NCBI RefSeq assembly: GCF_001447785.1
Contig: NW_015163096.1
Coordinates: 1,681,280 to 1,737,264, forward strand
Source: Gekko japonicus
Taxonomy: Eukaryota
DNA length: 55,985 nucleotides
Direction: 5' to 3'
Positions 47,311-55,985 of this stretch are shown in pieces. The notes beneath the pieces are model-generated. The model was not told the origin of the DNA, did no database searches, and worked only from the letters and a program-made list of their open reading frames with translations. Positions within the stretch are counted from its first letter, which is position 1; each line of letters starts with the position of its first letter. Position numbers and translations under genes: made by a program.

Positions 47311-49142
47311 TAACAAAAGAGAGTTGAGTGGGAAATGATAGGGAAAGCCTGTGTGCAGCTAGAAGAGGATGCTCCACATTCTAGCAACGAGGAGAAAAGC
47401 ATTTGTACACAAGAATTCACAGACTTACAATGGTTAAGACAGGCCAATACTGAAACAACTAGACATCCCCTCTGAAACATGTTAGTGTTCCTCATGTATG
47501 TATCACACAAGAGAGGGTTTTATATTAGGTATTGTGTTGTTGGAAAAATATGGTTGGCACACGCACACACCAACAGATCATCTGGACAAGTGGGTGGCTC
47601 TCATGAAACTCTCATCCCACATCACTCCAGATACTGTTAACAAGTCATATATCACAGCTTGCTCGATGATACAAAAGTGGAAGTACAGAATGTCTGTGCT
47701 TGTTATAACAATGGGGGTTACATTGCTGGCCTTGAAATACATCACGGTATCAAAACATATTATCTACTTATTTTTTCAAGATTTATAATCCATTCTTTCC
47801 AACTTTTTAGGCATTCACAAAGGTTCACGAATAAGTTTGAACAAACAAATTCATCCAAGAACAAACAACAAAAAATGCTCTCCTCCTTCACCAATCTCAG
47901 AGGTAGTTCTGGCTCCTTGTGGCGGGAGCAGTGGCACGGCAGAAGCCTGAGTTGGGAGAGTCAGAGCTGCTCCTGACACACAAATAATGCAGCTGAACTT
48001 ATCCTTTCCCAGCACAACACCAAAAGATGCAACCTTTTTAACCTAAAAAAAAAAAAAATCTTAAGTAGAGATTCTGTAAGAAAGAACTTGCTGATTCACC
48101 CATTAACAATAACAGTTACACTGAAGGGAGCAAAAAGATATCAAGATTCTGAACTCTGATACATTCAGCATATTTTTAAGTATGTTCGTGCTTTTCCTCC
48201 AGTCACAGTTCTTTGTTTTTGTGTTTTGCAGATTATAGGGTGGAGCTGCCCAGACTTCTTCAGTCTCCAAAGCCTCGTACACTGCCTGAAAAACTACTCC
48301 CGACAAACAGCATGGAATGCATCATGAGGTGATGCAGCTGCAGGAGGAAATCTGCAGAAATGATGGAACCAAACTCATGCAAGTGCCTTCTGTTCATACA
48401 AGGGCCATTGTGGATGTAGCCCACAAAAGTCTTAAACAACAAATATGACTCTAAAATCTGTATACCCCACTATCAAGACTTCAGTGAGAAAAACTTGGCC
48501 AAACTGGAGGACCCACTGGGAGAACTAATAATGCGTGGGAAACTGTAAAGAAAAAACTCAGGTGATATAAACATTTAAAAAGAAGAGATCAGTGTCCCTG
48601 AATTCTCATCAAGTCCATTCAGGCCCATCCCAGTGGGATTCCAATGACACTGCTGCCTAGAGAGAGAAAGACAAGTCTAGACCGTTCCAGCATTCCGAGT
48701 GAGAAAAATCCAACTGATAAATCTAAAAAAACAGTTAATGAAATAATGACAACAGAAGTTTGAGAATGGTATAAATCAAATGGCATCCAATGTACTGCAA
48801 GAGCTGTGAAAGAAGGGGGGGGGAATGTTTTTCTTCCACAATTCTCTTTAGGCCAACATGTTCTTTTATTATCTCCCCTACAGAGCAAACCCCTTGAAAC
48901 AATGAATAACTATACTTTGCCTTCTGCTGCTATGCAATGAAAAATAAATCAGAAAGAGTGCAGTGCTTCTATGCCCTAGCCACCAGTTGCCTCTAGCTAT
49001 ATGCACTTTTTCTTCCTTTGGGCTTTATGCTTATTTTTCTTCTCTGTGTATATTTCTTATCCAATAAACATACACATATAGCACAGAAAAAGGGAAACCT
49101 TCTGATTTCACTTAAGTAGGTGACAGCATTATATAGCTAAAA

Positions 49143-49232
49143 TCTGGGAAAGTGTGCATGCACATGAAAGCCTATAGCAAGAATTAAACTTGGCTGGTCT
49201 TAAAAGTGCCACTGGACTCAAACTTTGTCCTA
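49143..49232 (+). mobile_element. Penelope-derived repeat fragment
   Basis: 'aagtgtgcatgcacatgaaagc...gtgccactggactcaaactttgt' shared with the 45850 element. Confidence 0.55.
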
Positions 49233-50029
49233 TAGCTAAAATGAGATATATACACCTAGTCCCGAACACCTTCATTTGTGTTTCAAATTATGGTGATACG
49301 GTTGTAATGTTACTGGCATACCACCATGAAATCATGTTTCATGATATTCTGCTCGTGCAGCCATTTCTCACTGCACATCGAAGGACTTGCATCTTGGCTG
49401 TCTTGCTCTCCTGCCCTTATCTCCAGGGCCAAATCCAAGAAAGTAAACAGATGAAAAGGAAACAATATTTATCCTATGACAGTGATCCAGGCACAGGAGC
49501 TCTTGGCCAGTTGGAAAGCTAGAAGTTCTACAGATGCTCATGACTCACAAAGTCACTTAGGACTTTTCTTCCAACAGAAAAATACAATGTGTTTGTATGA
49601 AATCAAGACTCTATGATCTATTAGACTTGGCTCCCAAGCCATTCAAGTGCAGTCATACTAGAAGAAGATTAACTTCACCTTTCGCAGGAAACCAAAGGAC
49701 CAGGAAACACAGGAAGTCTACAGGGAAATAATCACCTATTCATACTTTAGCATGGTGAACTGTCATCTAAAGTGAGCAGGTATACATAATAAAGTTCTTT
49801 TCATTCATCTCCATTACAATATACTGCAGTAATCTCCAGTGCATTGTGAAATCTAAAACATAGAGGAAAAGAAACCTCCCTAGGCAAGTATTTGGCCAAT
49901 GTACCTATTCTATACCTCTTACCTTAAAACACTATTAGGCAACCACTGGGCCACTATAGAAAACTCCTAATTGGCAAGCAATACATGTAGCCTAAGGAGC
50001 TTTGCCTGCCTGTACACAGCAACCCCCAC

Positions 50030-50110
50030 CCAACTATCAACCAAGGCCAACCCTGCTTAGCTTCCGAGATCTGATGACATTGGGCTAGCCTGGGCCATCC
50101 AGGGCAGGGT
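50030..50110 (-). mobile_element. 5S-derived SINE head fragment
   Basis: Minus strand 'gatctcggaagctaagcaggg' matches the 5S rRNA core. Confidence 0.65.
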
Positions 50111-50258
50111 AGGCCAGGAAGCATTTATTCACCCATAAATCTAGCACCTTATCTCTTGCAGTGACTGGTAAATGAGATTTCAAAACAGCCTATGATAAAT
50201 CTTATACCAATTGTACAACAAAGAAATATACATGTATACGCCTAAGATCACTAAACAA

Positions 50259-50434
50259 TAGGTTTGCAACCTGCCTGAAGGGGGGGAAATCCTGTCCTTG
50301 TAATAGAAGCTTATGTTATTTACCAGGCAATTTCATTTACCTCCATGCCATGAAAGGCTTCAGCCACCCATTTCCACACATTAAGCCTCTATTAAAAGGA
50401 TGGGGCATTTTTCTCCAGGACTGTTGGAACCCTA
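50259..50434. mobile_element. hAT-type MITE (palindromic subfamily)
   Basis: Degenerate TAGGGTTGCCA termini; similar to the 54046 copy. Confidence 0.6.
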
Positions 50435-52485
50435 GTCAGTAATAACAAGACCAAACACTGAAGACAACATAAAAGTAGATGAAGTTATGAATACTCCGCC
50501 TTGTTCACATTAGGATTGTAAAAGAACATCAAACTAGATTCCAATTTTACAGCAACCAGCAACAGCTTCCCCTTCAAACTGAGGAGAATGATTTTAGAGA
50601 ACGTGTTATAACCCACCCATCTGCTGATCAACACAGAATTCTGATGTTCATGAAGGAGACCCTCTTAAGGAACCACTGAGACTTAAGGCAAGAAAGTTGT
50701 AGAAGTTTCAAACTCAGACTCTACCTCGATGGACAGTGCACTGCCATCACTAAAGGGCAGCTGTCCTTCGACATTAAAATGGCAGATAAAGAGCTTGGCT
50801 TGCACTGACTCCAGACAACACAATGAATGCTTGGCTAATATGCTAAAAAGTGGATGCTGGAGTACTCACAAACACAAACTAATGGAACACTTCAAGAAGA
50901 GGTTGGGTCAAAAGAGCTAGATACAAAAAACCCTCAGTCCTTGCCTGGTGCAGGATCCTTGCAATTCAGAACTCTTGAAAACATAATTTATAAACGCAGT
51001 GTTAAAACTCACTTACTGTAGAGACATCCTTTGTTGTAAGTTATCACTACTAACCCTACTTTTATCCAGGAAGAAAAGGGCTCTTCTTTTACAGAAAAGG
51101 TCAAGGTGAAACATTTGTGATGTATAATCGCAGCATGCATTTCCCTCTTTACCAAGCCCTCTGGACTGAAAAAACTGATGCCTATGAATTGAATACAAGT
51201 AACACTAATGCATTAATGACTGACATGTGGCAGCAACACCAAGACACACAGATGCAGTTTGACATTAATGGAGAGATTCGCCTGTGGTCATATGCATGGA
51301 AGGGAAAAAAATAGACCCACCTGCCTCTTGCCTTTAACCTGGGTATGAAATCAAATGTCAGACAAGATTAATTAGATGCCTGGAGTTTTATTCTTTTCTG
51401 TTGAAAGAAAAAGCCCATTTCCATAATGTGAGGAAGCATTTATGTGCGCAGCAAATCAGGTTGACATTGAAGGAAGGTTTGCTTTATTGTGAATGCTGGC
51501 TGTGTGGTGCTTGTCAGTGCAATTACTTTCTACTCAAGTGGGTTGCTTTTTAACATTTTATTATCTTAAGAACAAACCCCTGGAAGCAATAATTGTTTAT
51601 TATGTTAATTCTTTAGATATTTTTATTATACATGTCTATAAAATGATTAAACTTCGCTGTGCCCCAGAAATGAATAGAATTTATTAATACTCAGCCAATT
51701 AGGGAGGGAAAGGAGAGCAACAAAACCACTGTACTGGTAATTAGTCACTAAGTAGTCAATTTTGTGTACTTATCAGCCATACCACAAGTCCTTCTTTTCT
51801 CTTACCCAATCCTCCACAATCTTTAGAATCATTCTAATTAAAATACAAAACTCATCCTAGCCAGGGCGGAGGGAGCAACATGGACAATTAGGAAGATCGC
51901 AGGATTTTATAAATATTGGGAAGATACATAACTCACAGATAGAGCATATCAACTACAGAATAATTTTACAGCATCCATGTTTTATTGAGTGAAAGCCATA
52001 AACAGAGCTTCTGGGTTGTGTGTTGCTTTTCCTACAATTTAGCGAAGCCAAATATAGAGGCAGATGCACAAAGCTTTTATATCCATCCATAAGTATTCAT
52101 AATACTAAGTGCCTTCCATTAGAAACTATGAGTGCTTGAAGTGATAGGCATGCAATTAAGCCACGTTTACCTTTTAGAGATGCGCTCCCTTTCTGGGCTA
52201 CTTTTGGACTTTGAAGAATGGGGAAGCGTAGCCAGGGAATTTATTCCACAGAGGCTGTTGTTCTTCTAGTGCTTGCATGCACACAGAAAAGGCCCTCTAT
52301 CCATTGGCTGGAACATTTTCTCCAGTTCCACTCAACATGATCTACACATGTTTCACTCGAAACACAAAGAAGTGAAAAATATTTTTAGAGCACTAGCTCA
52401 ACTAGATGGCACAAAGAATAGGAAGCATAAAGAATCTAGAAATGTACATTTTGCTAAGGAAACTTGTGAAAGAATAACCATCTTA

Positions 52486-52995
52486 GGCCCCGGTCACACG
52501 GGCCGGATATTGCGGGGGGGGGAGGCGTGGCTGTTTGCCCCGGGGCTAAAGAACGCGCGGTTGCGCGAGCAGACCTACCGTGGAGGTCCCGTGGTAGGGG
52601 GGAGGTGCCGATCACTCCACAGTCCTGCGGCGCAGCAAAGAAGCGGGGCGCGGGGGCAAACGGGGTTCTTGGGTTTTTTAAATTCAAATGTGCGCATGCT
52701 CCCTTGGGTGCTTGTGCGCATCCGTGGAGACTTTGGGAAAAAAACCATTTTGCGAGGGGACATGGGCGGGCGCCGGAACTACCACCGGAAACCCGATCAG
52801 ACGCCTGCCCTTGCCCCGCGGTTTCAAGAAACTAGTACCTCCGAGGTACTAGTTTTTTACCCCGCATCTTCGGCAGGAAGCCTCGGGTGAGCCACGGGAG
52901 CTCTACGCTTCCCAGTTGTGGCGGTGAGATCACGCCTGGAAAATCCGCCTATCTTCCGTCCCTCTAGCATGCCTACTGCTCCGTGTGACCGCAGC
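52486..52995. mobile_element. CpG-rich PIF/Harbinger-like MITE
   Basis: TIR core CGGTCACACGG/CCGTGTGACCG; TTA on both flanks; internal palindrome 'aaactagtacctc-c-gaggtactagttt'. Confidence 0.75.
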
Positions 52996-54045
52996 TTATT
53001 TTCCGTAAAACAATCATGCACTTATTGGTTGAGTATAACTATCACTTCTTTCTAAAGTAACAAAACAGTCTTGATTTCTTTCCTGCCTCTCTCCTACCTT
53101 GTTTTCTCTCTTCCACCTTATTTTAAAGGTCAAAATATTAGACAACAAAAGACAAAGACCCACATCCCCCCTTATAAAATAACTTCTAAGCAGCTTCATC
53201 TCACTGTCAGTATCTCTCTGCTCGCTTTACCCCACCTGACAATTCTGGATGACAAAAAAATAAATAAATCTAACCTCTTTTCTTTTACTCTTCTTATCGT
53301 TTTTTCTAATGTGCACTGACTTTAGCTTTATGTTATAAGCCTGAGGGCAGGGGCTCTATTTTTAATTGTTTAGAGCACCTTCGGTTTTCATATGCTTTAC
53401 TAAGTAATAACAATATATAGATTAAAAGTTATTTTAGGGCAGATCTAAACAGCAGGTATAAGACTACAGTGAAGACATCAAAGAGGCTCCCGATAAGAAG
53501 CAAAACACTTTTTTCCTCTCCATTCTCCAATCAGGCAGCCAACTGTGTGGATTCACAGCCACTGACAGAGTTTCATTATTCCCTTCTGCAGAGCGGAGCA
53601 CAGGATTGCTACCCTTTTTACTGTCTGTGGCCCCATACCGTTATGTACAATCCAGGACACAAAAATTCAGCAGATAAAGTTTTCCATACACTTACGATTT
53701 TTCTGCTAAAATTTTGTACAGGAAATGGACATGTAAAAATGGCAATCATAGCGGACTATCAAAACCATCAAGGAAGAATCAGCAGTATCAACATCAACAT
53801 ATTTGTGTGCATCATGCATAGCTTTATTTTTGCAAATAACCATTTATGAAATGAAGCGGCCTTCAATGGAGCCCAGTTAAGTTAGAATGCTCTTTCTGAA
53901 GGAGGGGTTTTATTATTGTCACTCAGTTTTGGAAGCCCCAAGTTTCAAACTAATCACAGAGAATCGAAATTATGTTATGTTATCTGAGCACAGATGAAAA
54001 GAAAACATATAATCACACGATGTCTATTAACAGTTCAGTATCACC

Positions 54046-54234
54046 CAAAGTTGCCAACAGCCTGGAAGAAAAAAAAAGTCCTGTCCCTCCAACTGAGGTT
54101 GAATGCATGGAAATGGGAAGGTGAAGTTTTTCATGGCATGGAGGTAAATGACATCATGTCATAAATCACACCCCATCCAACTTCTATTAAGGGGACAGGA
54201 CATTTTTTCCCCCTCCAGGTTGCTGGCAAACCTA
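54046..54234. mobile_element. hAT-type MITE
   Basis: Degenerate TIR; 8-bp TSD GTATCACC/GTATCATC. Confidence 0.7.
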
Positions 54235-54245
54235 GTATCATCACT

Positions 54246-54524
54246 ACAATTGCCAGGCACTGCCTGCAAACCAGTGGGAGATGGGGAGGCAGGAACTTAT
54301 TGTTGGGGGGCAATCAGCACCCCCAGGTCAATGACGTCACTTCCAACACAACCTGCAAGTGACATCATCCCACTGAGGTTGGCTCAGACTCTAGGGTTTA
54401 ACCACAGAGTTTTGGGTGCATGCTAGAGCATCACCCAGTGTGATGTCCTGGAAGTGACATGGCAGTAGGCAATGGCAGAGGGGTTAGAGAGGTATACCAC
54501 TATACCAGGAGACCTGGCAACCCT
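54246..54524. mobile_element. hAT-type MITE with internal palindrome
   Basis: 'ttgccagg...cctggcaacccta'; body related to 1022-1445. Confidence 0.65.
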
Positions 54525-54613
54525 AAATTCACCTCTGGTTAACTCACCACCCCCATAAGAAATAGTGACAAGTCTCTTTGTCCATTCCAAGCTTAGTATG
54601 TTTATATCACATT

Positions 54614-54973
54614 GGCCCTGGCCACACGTGCCAGAAAATGCGGGGGGTGGGGGGTGGGGTGGCTATTTGCACCACTCTGATCCGCCGTTATGCAATCAGA
54701 CGCGATGGCGGCACATTGGGGTTTTGTCCTTCGGCACGCGCTGCAAAGAGGATGGCTGGAGGGAATAGGTGCACGCCGGTGCAATCACACCAAATGAGTC
54801 CGTCTGCAGCCCGTGGCAAACCATTTGCTAGTAGATCTCTGCAGGTACTTTTTAACTGCGCATCTTCGGCAGCACACCACGGGTTGGCCACAGGTGCGCA
54901 GTGTGATTGCGCCCCGAAAATCCACCCAGCATTCGTGCCTTTTGTGCAGCAAATTCTCCATATGACCGGGGCC
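54614..54973. mobile_element. PIF/Harbinger-like MITE
   Basis: TIR 'ggccctggccacacg...catatgaccggggcc'; 3-bp TSD ATT; same TIR family as 52486. Confidence 0.7.
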
Positions 54974-54979
54974 ATTGTT

Positions 54980-55985
54980 GAGTAACCAGAAATTCGGAGG
55001 ACAGCATCAAAAAGGTGGCAGAGCAGTTTTTAAACTGAATATTGGGGGAAAGCCGACAGGAGATGAAAAGTCTCTGGTTCGGGTTGGCTCATCTCAGAGA
55101 GATGAGGGGGTACCTGTTGCTTTTCTACAGGGAGGTGGATTGAAATTGTCCACTGAGACCATGGCTAGTGACATGGACTGCCTGACAAGGTCTCGAGATA
55201 GCAAGAGGAAGGTGGCAGGCTTAACTTGTATGGGACATTATAGCTGTTTCTATGCAAATGCTAGAAGTGTCCGAGGTAAAATCGGGGAGTTGGAGTGCTT
55301 GGTGTTGGAGGGAAAAACAGACATTGTGGGTATTTCAGAAACTTGGTGGGATGAGGAAAATCAGTGGGATACAGTGATTCCCAGTTATATATTATATCGG
55401 AAGGATGGGGGGGAAGGGTTGGAGGTGGGGTGGCTCTGTATGTCAGAGAGGGTATAAAGTCAAGAAAGATTGAGAGGCTAAGAGAATTGGATTCGCTTCT
55501 GGAAATTCTATGGGTTAAAATAGGGGGCCAAAAGGAAACTTAACACTGGGAGTTTGTTATCACCCACCAGATCAAAAGATAGAGGAGGATTATAAAATGA
55601 TGAATGAATTCAAGATAGCAGCTAGACAAAAACACTGTGTCGTAATAGATGATTTTAAATACCCACACATTGATTGGGTCAATATGTGTTCTAGTCGAGA
55701 AANNNNNNNNNNNNNNNNNNNNNNNNNNNNNNNNNNNNNNNNNNNNNNNNNNNNNNNNNNNNNNNNNNNNNNNNNNNNNNNNNNNNNNNNNNNNNNNNNN
55801 NNNNNNNNNNNNNNNNNNNNNNNNNNNNNNNNNNNNAAAAGTGAGTGCACTGCTTGGGAACAGTGATCATAATGTTATTGAGTTCAACATTTGTGTAAAT
55901 AGGGAATTGGCCAAAAAGACTGACACAATCACTTTTAACTTTAAAAGGGGTAACTTCTCTGATATGAGAGGACATATGGGGAGGA
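54980..55985 (+). mobile_element. CR1 LINE 5' portion with degenerate APE endonuclease
   Basis: 'CFYANARSVRGKIGELECLV...DIVGISETWWD...YRKD', 'DDFKYPHIDW', SDHN-encoding 'agtgatcataat'. Confidence 0.9.
55703..55836. other. Assembly gap
   Basis: Run of N. Confidence 1.

Noticed and set aside
47578-48330. Plus-strand exon-like segments (strong acceptor at ~48230)
   Set aside because: No recognisable protein and no consistent frame or strong donor.
50030-50110. 5S rRNA gene (also 24570-24640), and tRNA genes at SINE heads
   Set aside because: Partial, diverged and joined to SINE bodies, so they are SINE heads rather than RNA genes.
52273-52890. 205-aa ORF or CpG-island promoter
   Set aside because: Overlaps a GC-rich MITE with TIR and TSD; no recognisable protein features.

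Overview
Vertebrate nuclear DNA, almost certainly squamate and probably a gecko (Sauria SINEs, Squam3-type SINEs, a 5S-derived SINE, BovB tails, squamate-type CR1/L2/Penelope relics), with three assembly gaps. I recognise no host protein-coding exon, so this looks like intergenic or deep-intronic DNA: a dense, nested transposon landscape separated by repeat-free AT-rich blocks that may be conserved non-coding elements. The long ORFs are all retrotransposon-derived. The most unusual structures are: (1) a very young L1 insertion (7302-10889, 19-bp TSD) with a 5' inversion, a 534-bp inverted duplication with one mismatch, and a captured ~350-bp RT fragment from a different L1 family at the inversion junction; (2) a complete ORF1-only L1 unit (14016-15798, minus strand) with promoter motifs, an intact 333-aa ORF1, poly(A) signal and its own 15-bp TSD, i.e. 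a half-L1 (HAL1)-like element; (3) a solo LTR hit twice at the same ~15-bp target, once by a Penelope-like element carrying a minimal hammerhead-ribozyme motif. All family assignments come from motif recognition by eye, not from database searches.
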